Source: Bacteroidota bacterium (GTDB lineage Bacteria; Bacteroidota; Bacteroidia; Bacteroidales; WCHB1-69). Taken from it: a DNA stretch of 64,000 nt. How positions within the stretch are numbered: position 1 is the first letter of the stretch; the number at the start of each line of letters is the position of its first letter. The notes below the pieces were generated by a model that saw nothing but the letters and a program-made list of their open reading frames with translations, was not told the DNA's origin and did no database searches. The stretch lies in the NCBI GenBank assembly GCA_017860455.1, contig JAGDMF010000002.1, forward strand, positions 51,814 through 115,813, in the 5' to 3' direction. Below, in pieces: positions 1 through 10,001 of the stretch. The position numbers and the translations under genes were made by a program.

Positions 1-985
1 CAAAATTATTTTGTTTTGTAATTTTTAAAGTATAATGATCTTTATAAATCAATTCTAATTTATTGGTCAGTTGATCCAGTAAGATCTGTTTTTTTACTTT
101 TCCGGGTTTGTCTGGAATTGAATTTGAAATTTCTAATTTTATTTGATTTGATTCAACAGAAATAATCAACTCAATGTAAGGAATTGAACCTAATCCCTGA
201 CTTCTTTCAATGGCAGCCTCAATCACAGGTGTCAATAGAAATGGGGGTAAGGTATAATCCATATTTTTAATTTTATTTACATAGTTCAATCTCAGGCGTT
301 CTCCCATTTTATACTTTTCAATAGCCAGATAGTTTTCGATATAGGAAAGTTCATCGGTAAGTGGAATGGTTTCTTTTCCAATCATATTATGATAAAACCG
401 CATCATATCAGAAAACTTGTGGGTATAATCCAAAGCAATGTTTTTATCCATCATAATAGTGGCATAAATATTATTAAGATTATTGAACAAAAAATGAGGA
501 CTAAGCTGATTTTTTAGGTTTTCCAGTTCAGATTTTTTGATTTCTACTTCATCTTTGCTTTTATTAAATTTTTCAAAAATGCTATTTAACTGAAAATAAC
601 CGGTTGCAATAGAAAATATATTGATAAATGTAAAAACCCAAATATAAATACGGGTCATCCAATGTTCAGATTTAAATAGGCCAATATCAGCAATTTGAAC
701 TAATGTTATGTATGAAATAAAAAATAGAATAGTAAAAAGAATCCACAATAGCCATTTGAAATTGAATTTAAATATTCTATAAAACAACCATGAAAAAAAA
801 CAGGTATTAAAAATCATTCCAATAGATGTAAAAAAGAAAGGTTTAAAATTATCCGTTTCCAGTGACATTTCGATCTCCCACAATAGCGTTGTATATAAAG
901 TAAGGAAAAGTGCAGAAATAAAAAGGATGTAATTAACGGGTGACTTTATATGATTTTTTTTATTTTTCATCCTTAGAAAGTTCAT
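1..985 (-). CDS. LytS/YehU-family membrane sensor histidine kinase (runs off the window start; ATP-binding motifs look degenerate)
   Basis: Translated by hand, absent from the ORF track. ATG at 985 or 970, N-terminal TM helices, H-box LKNQLSPHFLFNNLNNI, IPLTDELSYIENYLAIEK; frame stays open to position 1; lies directly downstream of a LytTR regulator. Confidence 0.85.
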   Translation of the reverse strand, partial: MNFLRMKNKKNHIKSPVNYILFISALFLTLYTTLLWEIEMSLETDNFKPFFFTSIGMIFNTCFFSWLFYRIFKFNFKWLLWILFTILFFISYITLVQIADIGLFKSEHWMTRIYIWVFTFINIFSIATGYFQLNSIFEKFNKSKDEVEIKKSELENLKNQLSPHFLFNNLNNIYATIMMDKNIALDYTHKFSDMMRFYHNMIGKETIPLTDELSYIENYLAIEKYKMGERLRLNYVNKIKNMDYTLPPFLLTPVIEAAIERSQGLGSIPYIELIISVESNQIKLEISNSIPDKPGKVKKQILLDQLTNKLELIYKDHYTLKITKQNNF

Positions 986-998
986 CAAAAATTATAAA

Positions 999-1742
999 CT
1001 ACCGATTTAAAGCATTTTGAATGGATTGTCTATAAGAGATCCCAATAGGAATTACATTAGAAATCACCACAACTTCTTTTTGATTCCATGAAGTTACATA
1101 ATCTTTGTTGATCGTAAAAGATTTATGAACTCTTATAAATTTTGAAGAGGGCAACATGTCCAATAATCCCTGAGTAGAAATACTGGCCAAAATCATTTGA
1201 TTATGAGTAAAAACTTTGACATAATTTCCCCAACTCTGGAGATAAATGATGTCATTAATATTAGCTGTAACAGATTCACTTCCAATAGGAATATCAATGG
1301 AAGTAGGAATTTCAGTGATGGGAAGTGGATTTTTAACAAGCTCCGCATTCATTTTATCAATAGCTCTTTGGACTGCTCTTTTAAAATGATTTTCTGTGAT
1401 TGGTTTTAGTAAATAATCAATCACATTATATTCAAAACTTACAGCTGCATAAGCTGCATAAGCGGTTGTAAAAATGACAGGAGGTTGAGAGTTTAATGAA
1501 TTGAGAAAATCAATTCCGCTAATTCCCGGTAAATTTATATCTAAAAACAAGAGGTCAATATCATTTTTTTCAATGATCTCTTTAGCTTCTTTAGCATCAC
1601 TGGCAATAGCAAGTAAATCTAAAAATTCATTTTGTTCAATAAAAAATTTAAGCACCCATTGAGCGGGTTGTTCATCTTCAACAACTAAACATTTTAATTT
1701 TTTATAATCTGTGACAGTCATATCAATATCGAAAAAGTTCAA
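999..1742 (-). CDS. LytTR-family response regulator
   Basis: REC domain (VVEDE, LFLDINLPG, FTTAY, YLLKP) plus LytTR domain (FIRVHKSF); likely ATG at 1721. Confidence 0.92.
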   Translation of the reverse strand: MNFFDIDMTVTDYKKLKCLVVEDEQPAQWVLKFFIEQNEFLDLLAIASDAKEAKEIIEKNDIDLLFLDINLPGISGIDFLNSLNSQPPVIFTTAYAAYAAVSFEYNVIDYLLKPITENHFKRAVQRAIDKMNAELVKNPLPITEIPTSIDIPIGSESVTANINDIIYLQSWGNYVKVFTHNQMILASISTQGLLDMLPSSKFIRVHKSFTINKDYVTSWNQKEVVVISNVIPIGISYRQSIQNALNR

Positions 1743-1856
1743 CGAATGTATGCATAGGGTACTATTTAGTTTTTCATATAAATTGTATTTGCAAAGATAT
1801 AAAAAAATGACAAATTCAACTCATAATTTTTATTTTTATTTTTGAAATAAATTAAA

Positions 1857-1866
1857 TATCTTTGCA
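1857..1866 (+). promoter_or_regulatory. Bacteroidota sigma-A -7 promoter element (TAnnTTTG)
   Basis: tatctttgca upstream of the DUF3078 gene; the same motif precedes many genes (about 13754, 15575, 18833, and on the minus strand about 1790, 7840, 9565, 21835). Confidence 0.6.
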
Positions 1867-1931
1867 AGGCATATTGTTTAATTTCCAAAAATGAAAGAAT
1901 TAATTCAAATTTTAACTAAAAATCTTTAATT

Positions 1932-2864
1932 ATGAAAAAATCAATTCTACTTTTTTTTATTTCATGGATTTTTATATTCCAATCATTCTCACAAATTACT
2001 GATAATGAAACGGTTTTAAGAAAAAATGAAAAAGATACCTTAACAGGTTGGAAAACAGGTGGTATCTTTGCCATTACAGGCTCTCAAACTTCTTTAACAA
2101 ATTGGGCAGCAGGTGGTGAAAACTCGGTTTCTTTAAATGCTTTACTCAGCGTTTTCGCCAATTATAAAAATGGTAATGGTGCATGGGACAACTCTCTTGA
2201 CATTGGGTACGGTTTATTGAAACAAGGATGGGGAAAAGAGATCCCATTTTCAAAAACAGATGACAAAGTAGATCTTTTGTCCAAATTTGGATATAAAGCT
2301 TTTAAAAATTGGTACTATGCGGCCCTTTTTAATTTCAAAACTCAGATGACTCCCGGATACAAACTACCTACGGATACAATTAAAATATCAAACTTTTTAG
2401 CCCCTGCTTATGTAATTGCGGCTATTGGGATGGATTATAAACCAAACAATCATTTAAGTATGTTTATAGCCCCTTTTACAGCAAAATGGACCATTGTAAA
2501 TGATTCCATTTTATCAGCAGCCGGTGCATTTGGTGTTGAATCCGGGGAATTTTTAAAATCTGAATTTGGGGGTTATATTCGATTTATTTATTCAAAAAAT
2601 GATTTTAAATCTCCATTTTTGAAAAATATTTCATTTACCACAAAATTGGATTTATATTCTAACTATTTAAAAGAACCTGAAAAAATTGATGTCAACTGGG
2701 AAGTTTTAATTGCCATGAAAGTAAATAAATATATCACTATTAACCTTACTACCAATTTGATATACGATTATGACATCAAATTCCCCAGCGATTTAAATGC
2801 AGCAGGAGTGGATAAAATTCAATTCAAAGAGATATTTGGAGTAGGATTTTCTTATAAATTTTAA
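1932..2864 (+). CDS. DUF3078-family outer-membrane beta-barrel protein
   Basis: Signal peptide, NWAAGGE motif, F.TQ..PGY, FLAPAY, C-terminal GFSYKF barrel signal. Confidence 0.8.
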   Translation: MKKSILLFFISWIFIFQSFSQITDNETVLRKNEKDTLTGWKTGGIFAITGSQTSLTNWAAGGENSVSLNALLSVFANYKNGNGAWDNSLDIGYGLLKQGWGKEIPFSKTDDKVDLLSKFGYKAFKNWYYAALFNFKTQMTPGYKLPTDTIKISNFLAPAYVIAAIGMDYKPNNHLSMFIAPFTAKWTIVNDSILSAAGAFGVESGEFLKSEFGGYIRFIYSKNDFKSPFLKNISFTTKLDLYSNYLKEPEKIDVNWEVLIAMKVNKYITINLTTNLIYDYDIKFPSDLNAAGVDKIQFKEIFGVGFSYKF

Positions 2865-2887
2865 TAATAATTTAAAAAACTTGTATT

Positions 2888-3304
2888 ATGGGAATGTTAA
2901 AAGAGTTTAAAGATTTTGCCATGAAAGGCAATCTTGTGGATATGGCAGTAGCTTTCGTAATGGGTGCTGCATTTGGAAAAATTGTTTCCGCTTTTATCAA
3001 TGGTATGGTGATGCCAATCGTTGGTGTTTTAACAACCGGTATCGATTTTAAAGATCTTAAAATTGTACTATCAGAAGCGCAATTAGATGCCGCTGGAAAA
3101 GTTATAAAACCGGAAGCTGCCTTGATGTATGGTGATTTTATCACTGTTTTCATTGATTTCGTTATTGTAGCTTTCGTGATGTTTTTAGTGGTAAAAGCTA
3201 TGATAAAAGCAAAGAAAAAACAAGAAGAAGTGCCAGCTGCACCTCCTGCTCCTACCAAAGAGCAGGAACTTTTATCTGAAATTCGGGATTTGTTAAAAAA
3301 ATAG
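2888..3304 (+). CDS. mscL: Large-conductance mechanosensitive channel
   Basis: MLKEFKDFAMKGNLVDMAVAFVMGAAFGKIV...LLSEIRDLL signature. Confidence 0.97.
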   Translation: MGMLKEFKDFAMKGNLVDMAVAFVMGAAFGKIVSAFINGMVMPIVGVLTTGIDFKDLKIVLSEAQLDAAGKVIKPEAALMYGDFITVFIDFVIVAFVMFLVVKAMIKAKKKQEEVPAAPPAPTKEQELLSEIRDLLKK

Positions 3305-3331
3305 TGTTGATTATCAACCTGTTTACTTTCC

Positions 3332-3373
3332 AAAAAAAGGTGTAATTTTGCAATATAAATGACACCTTTTTTT
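3332..3373 (+). terminator. Probable intrinsic terminator after mscL
   Basis: aaaaaaaggtgt...acaccttttttt inverted repeat with a T-tract. Confidence 0.55.
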
Positions 3374-3380
3374 ATTCTTC

Positions 3381-3944
3381 ATGCTTTTATTGGTTGATAA
3401 TAACGATTCTTTTACTTATAACATAGTGGAAGCGATTCGCTCTGTTTCTAATGTGCCTATTGTTGTAAAAAACAGTGCGGATATTCAAATAGAAGAAGTG
3501 GAACAATATCAAATGATCATTTTTTCACCTGGCCCCTCCCTACCGGACGATTATCCCATCATGAAACAGATTTTAAACCAATATTGTGCAACCATTCCCA
3601 TTTTAGGAATTTGTTTAGGACATCAGGCCATCTGTTCCTATTTTGGGGCTCAATTAGTGCAAAGTGATTCAATAATCCATGGTTTTGATTCTTTAATTCA
3701 AACCAATTCCCAGTCATTATTATTTAAAGGTGTTTCTGAAATGATTGTCGGGAGATACCACTCCTGGCATGCCATTCAAATACCTGAATCGTTATCTATA
3801 ACCGCTCAGGACAAGTATGGTATCGTTATGGCAGTAGAGCACAAACACTATCCGGTTTATAGCGTTCAATTTCATCCTGAATCTTATATAACCAAACAGG
3901 GAAAGCAAATTTTTAAAAATTTTATCGATGCAGCTACTTCCTAA
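3381..3944 (+). CDS. pabA: Aminodeoxychorismate/anthranilate synthase component II (glutamine amidotransferase)
   Basis: DNNDSFTYN, SPGP, GICLGHQ, RYHS and QFHPES class-I GATase motifs; overlaps pabB. Confidence 0.88.
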   Translation: MLLLVDNNDSFTYNIVEAIRSVSNVPIVVKNSADIQIEEVEQYQMIIFSPGPSLPDDYPIMKQILNQYCATIPILGICLGHQAICSYFGAQLVQSDSIIHGFDSLIQTNSQSLLFKGVSEMIVGRYHSWHAIQIPESLSITAQDKYGIVMAVEHKHYPVYSVQFHPESYITKQGKQIFKNFIDAATS

Positions 3945-4914
3945 AAATCAAATCATTGCAGAAATGAATTGTTTGGGGTGTACTCAAACTCCTTTCCTTT
4001 TTCTTATTGATTTTAAAGGAGAAGAGGGATATTTGATTCCCGCTGATCAATTGAAAAAACACCATATTCAGGTTTCATTTCCAAATTTCAAATGGGAATC
4101 CAGTGATCAAACAATTGATTTTCTGTCTTATAATCTCACACCCAACCCAATCTCTGAATCAGAATATCTGGAAATTTTTAACAAAGTTCATAAAGAAATT
4201 TTATTTGGAAACAGTTATTTACTGAACCTCACTTTTGCTACGTATTTGGATGAAAAATTAGATTTCAAGTCGATTTATCAACATGCCATAGCCCCTTACA
4301 AATTGATGTTGGAAGATCAGTTTCTATTCTATTCCCCTGAATCATTTGTTAAAATTGAAAACGATACAATTTACTCGTATCCTATGAAAGGTACCATTGA
4401 TGCGTCTTTGCCTGATGCTGAAAAACAACTTACCCAAAATAAGAAGGAATTGTATGAACATTTTACTATTGTAGATTTGATTCGCAACGATCTTTCGATG
4501 GTTTCAACTCAAGTTGAAGTGACTCGTTTTAGATTTTTTGAAAAAATTGGAACACAAACAGGTGCTATTTTGCAAACTATTTCAGAAATTTCTGGAAAAC
4601 TGAGTTCAGACTGGAAAACCCGACTCGGGGATATCCTTTTTCAATTGTTACCTGCCGGTTCTATTTCGGGAGCTCCCAAAAAGAAAACGATGGAGATCAT
4701 CACCAAAAATGAAACGACAGAAAGAGGATTTTATACAGGTGTAGCGGGATTTTTTGATGGTGAAACCCTCGATAGTTGTGTCATGATCCGCTTTATTAAA
4801 AAGGATCCTGATGGGAAATGTTACTATCACAGTGGAGGAGGTATTACAGCCTTAAGTGAAGGAATTGATGAATATCATGAATTAAAATCCAAAATTTATG
4901 TCCCGGTTTCTTGA
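3928..4914 (+). CDS. pabB: Aminodeoxychorismate synthase component I
   Basis: SPESF, PMKGT, VDLIRNDL, LPAGSISGAPK, RGFYTG and SGGGIT chorismate-binding motifs. Confidence 0.9.
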   Translation: MQLLPKNQIIAEMNCLGCTQTPFLFLIDFKGEEGYLIPADQLKKHHIQVSFPNFKWESSDQTIDFLSYNLTPNPISESEYLEIFNKVHKEILFGNSYLLNLTFATYLDEKLDFKSIYQHAIAPYKLMLEDQFLFYSPESFVKIENDTIYSYPMKGTIDASLPDAEKQLTQNKKELYEHFTIVDLIRNDLSMVSTQVEVTRFRFFEKIGTQTGAILQTISEISGKLSSDWKTRLGDILFQLLPAGSISGAPKKKTMEIITKNETTERGFYTGVAGFFDGETLDSCVMIRFIKKDPDGKCYYHSGGGITALSEGIDEYHELKSKIYVPVS

Positions 4915-5485
4915 AACAATTGCGATTATTGACAAAATTCCACAACATGTGGAATCTCATCAAAAAAGGATGGAAAAATGCTCTTTGGTACAATTGAATC
5001 CTTTTTTAAACCTGATTAAAGTTCCAACTTTTAGACAATATAAATTATCCATTCTTTATAATGAAACTCAAATTGAAAAGTTTCAACTTTCTCCCTACTC
5101 TCCATCTACAATCAATAAATTTAAAGTATTAATAGATAATGAAATAGATTATTCTTTAAAGTATGCTGACCGTTCCCGGTTGGAACAATTGAAATCTAAG
5201 GCTCAAATGTGTGATGAAGTGATTATTGTCAAAAATGGGGAAGTGACGGACACTTCATTTTCCAATCTTCTTTTTTGGGACGGGGTCAAATGGATCACAC
5301 CGGAAAATCCCTTACTGAAAGGAACCTGTAGGGAAAGACTGTTACAAAACGGGATCATTTCTAGCCAAAAAATAAGCGTTAACCAACTCGGTACTTTTTC
5401 CAAAATGATGTTGATTAACGCGATGTTAGATTTTGATGAAGATAGGGCTATCCCTATTGATTCAAAGACCTTTCAATTCGATTAA
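4898..5485 (+). CDS. pabC: Aminotransferase class IV / 4-amino-4-deoxychorismate lyase
   Basis: YSLKYADR, DTSFSN, LLKGTCR, INAM motifs; third gene of the pab cluster. Confidence 0.8.
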   Translation: MSRFLETIAIIDKIPQHVESHQKRMEKCSLVQLNPFLNLIKVPTFRQYKLSILYNETQIEKFQLSPYSPSTINKFKVLIDNEIDYSLKYADRSRLEQLKSKAQMCDEVIIVKNGEVTDTSFSNLLFWDGVKWITPENPLLKGTCRERLLQNGIISSQKISVNQLGTFSKMMLINAMLDFDEDRAIPIDSKTFQFD

Positions 5486-6537
5486 AATCCAAATTTATCC
5501 GTGATATTTAACATATCCTCTTTTGATTTGGCCGGATTAAAGATGTACATAATGTATAAATCTTTGTCCGGGTAGGAAACAATAATGGCAGAACCGTCAG
5601 GAACATCACCGTAGTAATGACTTTTTCCGTTGTGATTAAAAGATTCGAAAAGGGTCAGATCGGTTGTTTTTGTAAGTTCACTTTTAGAAGTTCCCAATAT
5701 AGTCAAAGCTCCTGTAAATCCAACAAACATAGCATTATAGTTAGTGGTGTTATCTTTTATACTCAACATTCTATAACCGGGAATTTTAGAACTGTTAATA
5801 ATGGTTTCAAAAGTAGCATAAGTACATTTCAAAACCGGAGTTGTTGTTGTCTGTTGCACTGGTTTTGAGGTATTCACTTCTGTAGATGTTGTAACGGGAG
5901 CTGTTGTAGGAACTTCAATTTTTCCAATATCTTCATATTTCACACCTGGATAGGGTTCAAATTTGACAGCAGGAACTGTTATGTTCTGATCAAATTTAAC
6001 GGCAGTTTCGGTGATTGTAATTCCGAGAATTGAAGCTTCTGTTTTTAGGGCAATACCTTTATAAACCCAACTTTTAGCACCCATAACAGAGATAATGTCA
6101 CACTCATATCCCATAATAGTCTCTTTCCCAATAATAGAACCACCATATTGATCCAACATCTGTTTTTCAAAAGCTTTCTTTTCAGCTGGAGTCATATTTT
6201 CGTAAAAAGCCAAATTTTCTTCTATATCATAAATACCGGTTTGGTAAACTTTTTCAACGAGGTTGGCATTCCAGAATTGATTTTTCTTGGTTACGTTAAC
6301 GGTTTCCTCTTTAGTTTCGTTAGTGATGCCCAATATTTTGGTTACAGTGGTGATATTTGATTCTGTTCGTGATTTATTTCCGTAGTCATCCCACCACATT
6401 TTTCGGGATCCGGTAGAATTTCCGGAAACTTTATACTCGATATAGCCACTTTTAATGGTATAATGTTGATACTTTTGCTGAGCATACAAGCCACTGATTG
6501 CAAGCAAGATGAAAGTTAAAATGGTAATTTTTTTCAT
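5482..6537 (-). CDS. Secreted two-domain hypothetical protein with a P/T/V-rich linker
   Basis: Signal peptide, GKETIMGYEC motif (DUF4412-like), low-complexity linker; 351 aa. Confidence 0.6.
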   Translation of the reverse strand: MKKITILTFILLAISGLYAQQKYQHYTIKSGYIEYKVSGNSTGSRKMWWDDYGNKSRTESNITTVTKILGITNETKEETVNVTKKNQFWNANLVEKVYQTGIYDIEENLAFYENMTPAEKKAFEKQMLDQYGGSIIGKETIMGYECDIISVMGAKSWVYKGIALKTEASILGITITETAVKFDQNITVPAVKFEPYPGVKYEDIGKIEVPTTAPVTTSTEVNTSKPVQQTTTTPVLKCTYATFETIINSSKIPGYRMLSIKDNTTNYNAMFVGFTGALTILGTSKSELTKTTDLTLFESFNHNGKSHYYGDVPDGSAIIVSYPDKDLYIMYIFNPAKSKEDMLNITDKFGF

Positions 6538-6627
6538 GATTGTTTTGTATTATTTATCTATTTTTATTGAATGTTATATGGAAGTACAAATATAAGAAAA
6601 AAGTGGAAAATGGGATTCATTTCTAAA

Positions 6628-6666
6628 CAAAAAAAAGGATCAAAAATAAATTTGATCCTTTTTAAA
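6628..6666 (-). terminator. Intrinsic terminator of rpsF-rpsR-rplI
   Basis: aaaaaggatcaaa...tttgatccttttt hairpin with A/T tracts just past the rplI stop. Confidence 0.75.
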
Positions 6667-6683
6667 TGTATTTGAATTGGAAA

Positions 6684-7133
6684 TTATTCAGCAATAACTT
6701 CTAAGTTTACAGTAACTTTAATATCTTTATGGATATTGATTTGAGCTGTATAGTTTCCTAATTCTTTAATATGTTCGCTGGAAAGAATGATTTTCTTTCT
6801 ATCCACTTCGATATCATGTTGTTCTTTAAGAGCTTGAGCAACTGCGATATTAGTAACTGATCCGAAGATTGTTCCTTTTTCAGAAGCTTTAGTTCCAATT
6901 TTTATTGTTAATCCTTCGATTTTACCAGCTAAGAATTCTGCTTCTTTTCTGATTTTTTCTAATTTGAAAGCTCTTTGTTTCAAAGTTTCGGCTAACATTT
7001 TTCTATTAGGTTCAGTTGCTTGAATTGCCAATCCTTGAGGGATTAAATAATTTCTTGCGTAACCATCTTTAACTTTTAAGATGTCATCCGCATAACCTAA
7101 TTTTTGTACGTCTTGTTTTAAGATTATTTCCAT
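6684..7133 (-). CDS. rplI: 50S ribosomal protein L9
   Basis: MEIILKQDVQKLG..VKDGYARNYLIPQG, FGSVT. Confidence 0.98.
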   Translation of the reverse strand: MEIILKQDVQKLGYADDILKVKDGYARNYLIPQGLAIQATEPNRKMLAETLKQRAFKLEKIRKEAEFLAGKIEGLTIKIGTKASEKGTIFGSVTNIAVAQALKEQHDIEVDRKKIILSSEHIKELGNYTAQINIHKDIKVTVNLEVIAE

Positions 7134-7148
7134 TATTGATCCTCCTCC

Positions 7149-7424
7149 TTATTGATTGGTTTTTAAATTGTCGGCAACAAATGGTAATAATGAGAGGTGA
7201 CGAGCTCTTTTTACCGCTTGAGCAACTTTCTTTTGGAATTTTAAAGAAGTTCCGGTTAAACGTCTAGGTAAAATTCTACCTTGTTCGTTTACAAATCTTT
7301 TCAAAAATTCACCATCTTTATAATCGATGTATTTAATTCCGCTTTTTTTGAAGCGACAATATTTTTTTTGTTTGATATCAACCGCAATTGGGGTCAAATA
7401 TTTAATGTCTGTTTGTTGAGCCAT
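7149..7424 (-). CDS. rpsR: 30S ribosomal protein S18
   Basis: [32 protein letters not shown]. Confidence 0.98.
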   Translation of the reverse strand: MAQQTDIKYLTPIAVDIKQKKYCRFKKSGIKYIDYKDGEFLKRFVNEQGRILPRRLTGTSLKFQKKVAQAVKRARHLSLLPFVADNLKTNQ

Positions 7425-7438
7425 TGTAAATCCTCCTT

Positions 7439-7789
7439 TTAATTGTTTTGTTCTTTTGCTTTTCTCAAATTACGTCTCTTTTCGCTGTATGCGATAGCGT
7501 GTTTGTCAAGGGCTACAGTTAAATATCTCATGATTTTTTCATCACGGCGAAATTGTAGCTCGAATTCAGCAACAACGTGAGGTTCTGCTTTGAACTCAAA
7601 TAAATGATAGAATCCGGTGGATTTTTTTTGGATTTGGTACTCAAATCTGCGTAATCCCCAGTTTTCCTGGTGAATAATCTCCGCGCCTTTTTCAAGGAGA
7701 ATATTCTCGAATTTTTTTACCGTTTCCTTCATCTGTTCATCAGACAAAACGGGAGTCATAATGAAAACGGTTTCATACTGTTTTAACAT
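7439..7789 (-). CDS. rpsF: 30S ribosomal protein S6
   Basis: [25 protein letters not shown]. Confidence 0.98.
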   Translation of the reverse strand: MLKQYETVFIMTPVLSDEQMKETVKKFENILLEKGAEIIHQENWGLRRFEYQIQKKSTGFYHLFEFKAEPHVVAEFELQFRRDEKIMRYLTVALDKHAIAYSEKRRNLRKAKEQNN

Positions 7790-7901
7790 AATTTTAATTG
7801 TTTAATTTTTAAAACTTTTAATTATTTTTAGGGCGGCAAAAATACAAATTTATTTTGAATTATGCAACCTCTTTCCCAAAAAAAATCAAAAATAAAATAG
7901 T

Positions 7902-9545
7902 TTACTTTTTTTGAACTTTTTTTAGATTCAACATATTGGTCGGTGGCATATCTAATCCATTGATACTCTTTTGAGTAAAGCGGATGATCTGATCATAAAA
8001 AAGAACCACAACCGGAGCATCCTCCATCAACAAAGAATCGAGTTGGGTGTAGTAATTATTTCGAATTTTTTCGTCAAATTCCTGTTGTGATTTTTCAAAA
8101 ATCTGATCAAAAGCAGGATTTTCAAAATGGGTATAATTGGATCCGACCGGCTGGAAATTTTTGGAATAAAATAACGATAAGTAGTTTTCTGCATCCGGAT
8201 AATCGGCAATCCAGGAACCTCTGAAAAACGGCAACTGATAATTGCGCATCATCTGTCTTTGTTGAGCTGCCTGTTGCACATCCAGCTGCAAAGTGATCCC
8301 AATCTTGCTCAACTCATGTTGAATATATTGAGATAGATCTAAGTATGCCGCAGAAACCGAAAGTGAAATAGGTGGCAACCCTTTTCCACCTGGAAAACCT
8401 GCTTGAGCGAGCAATTGATTCGCTTTAACCGGATCATAATGGTACCCTTTTACACGGGAAGTATCAAAAGAGAGCATCCCTTTTGGAATAAAACCGGAAG
8501 TGCCGGCATATCCAATCCCATTACGCAAATAACGGATCATCTTCTCCCGATCAAATCCGTAATTGATCGCTTGTCGTACCTCTTTGATCAACAATGGATT
8601 ACTTTTATCTTTCTTTTTATCCAACAACAGAAATCCCAAATACTCGGTATTCAGATAGGGTCCGGTTTGCAATTTAATCTGATCCCTGTATTTTGGGTTG
8701 AGTTTTCCCTCTTTGGTCAATAATGCATCTTTGTAACAGGGGTCGATGCCCGACATAAAATCGAGATTTCCTTTCATAAACTCCATAAACATCGCCTGTT
8801 TATCGATGATAAATGAGATCGCAACTCCATCTATATAAGGCAATTGAACTCCCTTTTCATCTTTCTCGAAATAGCGTGGATTTTTACGAAGCACCAGTTT
8901 GATCCCTTCCTCCCACATCTGAAACTGGAATGGCCCAGTTCCCACGGGATGCTTTCTAAACTCTTTTCCATAGTGTTCTACCACTTCTTTAGGAACTACG
9001 GAGCAATATTTCATAGCGAGTATCGACAAAAAGGGAGGAAATGGAGCACTCAAACGAATTTCAAAAACGGAATCGTTGATAGCGGTGAATGCAGGTTTAC
9101 CGTTAGCATCTCTGGCTACCTGAGCAAAGATCCAGGCTCCCGGGGAAGCCACTTCCGGATCCAGGATACGCCCAAGACTGTATACGAAATCATGTGCATC
9201 CACGCTTCTCGGTTTTCCGAAAGCAAATTGTTTGGTATCATGAAAATACACATCGTTTCTGAGCAAGAAAGTGTAGGTTTTTCCATCCTCAGAGATGGTC
9301 CAGCTTTTCGCAATCATGGGGATCACCTGAAGGTTTTCATCGAGATCCACCAGCCCGTTATAGAGCATATTACAGGGCCAAAGGGCAGCTTGTCCGGAAG
9401 CATAAGCCGGGTCAAGCGACTGAATACCAACAGATTCGTTATATTTAAAGATGGCTTTATTTTGATTCTTATTTGTATGATTACAACTAATCAAAATAAG
9501 GAAAAACAAAGTGTAAACAATAAAACGGATACCAGAAAAATTCAT
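7902..9545 (-). CDS. ABC transporter substrate-binding lipoprotein (family 5, peptide/nickel)
   Basis: Lipobox LISC, SLDP, AKSWTISEDGKTYTF.LR, PVGTGPF, WIADYPD. Confidence 0.9.
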   Translation of the reverse strand: MNFSGIRFIVYTLFFLILISCNHTNKNQNKAIFKYNESVGIQSLDPAYASGQAALWPCNMLYNGLVDLDENLQVIPMIAKSWTISEDGKTYTFLLRNDVYFHDTKQFAFGKPRSVDAHDFVYSLGRILDPEVASPGAWIFAQVARDANGKPAFTAINDSVFEIRLSAPFPPFLSILAMKYCSVVPKEVVEHYGKEFRKHPVGTGPFQFQMWEEGIKLVLRKNPRYFEKDEKGVQLPYIDGVAISFIIDKQAMFMEFMKGNLDFMSGIDPCYKDALLTKEGKLNPKYRDQIKLQTGPYLNTEYLGFLLLDKKKDKSNPLLIKEVRQAINYGFDREKMIRYLRNGIGYAGTSGFIPKGMLSFDTSRVKGYHYDPVKANQLLAQAGFPGGKGLPPISLSVSAAYLDLSQYIQHELSKIGITLQLDVQQAAQQRQMMRNYQLPFFRGSWIADYPDAENYLSLFYSKNFQPVGSNYTHFENPAFDQIFEKSQQEFDEKIRNNYYTQLDSLLMEDAPVVVLFYDQIIRFTQKSINGLDMPPTNMLNLKKVQKK

Positions 9546-9575
9546 TTAAACAAAATTTAATCGCAAAAGTACGAA

Positions 9576-9636
9576 ATAATAAGCTAATGTGATAATGTGA
9601 TAATAAGCTAATATGATAATAAGCTAATGTGATAAT
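9576..9636. repeat. 8-bp tandem repeat array (taataagc/taatgtga)
   Basis: About 7 degenerate 8-mers; the same family occurs at 10184-10222 and, inverted, at 55914-55953. Confidence 0.8.
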
Positions 9637-9695
9637 TATGAAATTAAATATTATACTTTTTTTATTTATAAAAAATTAATGGATTATAAAAAATT

Positions 9696-9868
9696 AATGG
9701 AACGCGGATGACGTTGATGCTTCGCATTACGGATTTATACGGATTTAATTTATCTATAATTATTTAATGTTTCTTCTTGTTTGAATAAACTTATAAATAT
9801 TAATATCCCTTATAATAGAATCAGTGTTAAATCAGCGTTTGAAAATCCGTTTGATCCGCGTTCCAATT
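9696..9868. repeat. Inverted-repeat cassette (ggaacgcggat...atccgcgttcc), MITE/REPIN-like
   Basis: Left arm atggaacgcggatgacg..gatgcttcgcattacggatttatacggat and right arm gaaaatccgtttgatccgcgttcc around an AT-rich spacer. Confidence 0.8.
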
Positions 9869-10001
9869 GTTAAAACTCAAAAGTGGTAAAAGGTGGTAAA
9901 GAAATGACAACAGACTACGGACAACAGACTACAGACTGTAAATATCTCATTTTCATTAATATAACAAAACTCTTATCTCTTATCTTTAAAACCGAAGGTT
10001 T

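Noticed and set aside
2872-3333. 153-aa minus-strand ORF
   Set aside because: Antisense shadow of mscL.
8844-9560. 238-aa plus-strand ORF
   Set aside because: Antisense to the ABC substrate-binding protein; no recognisable motifs.
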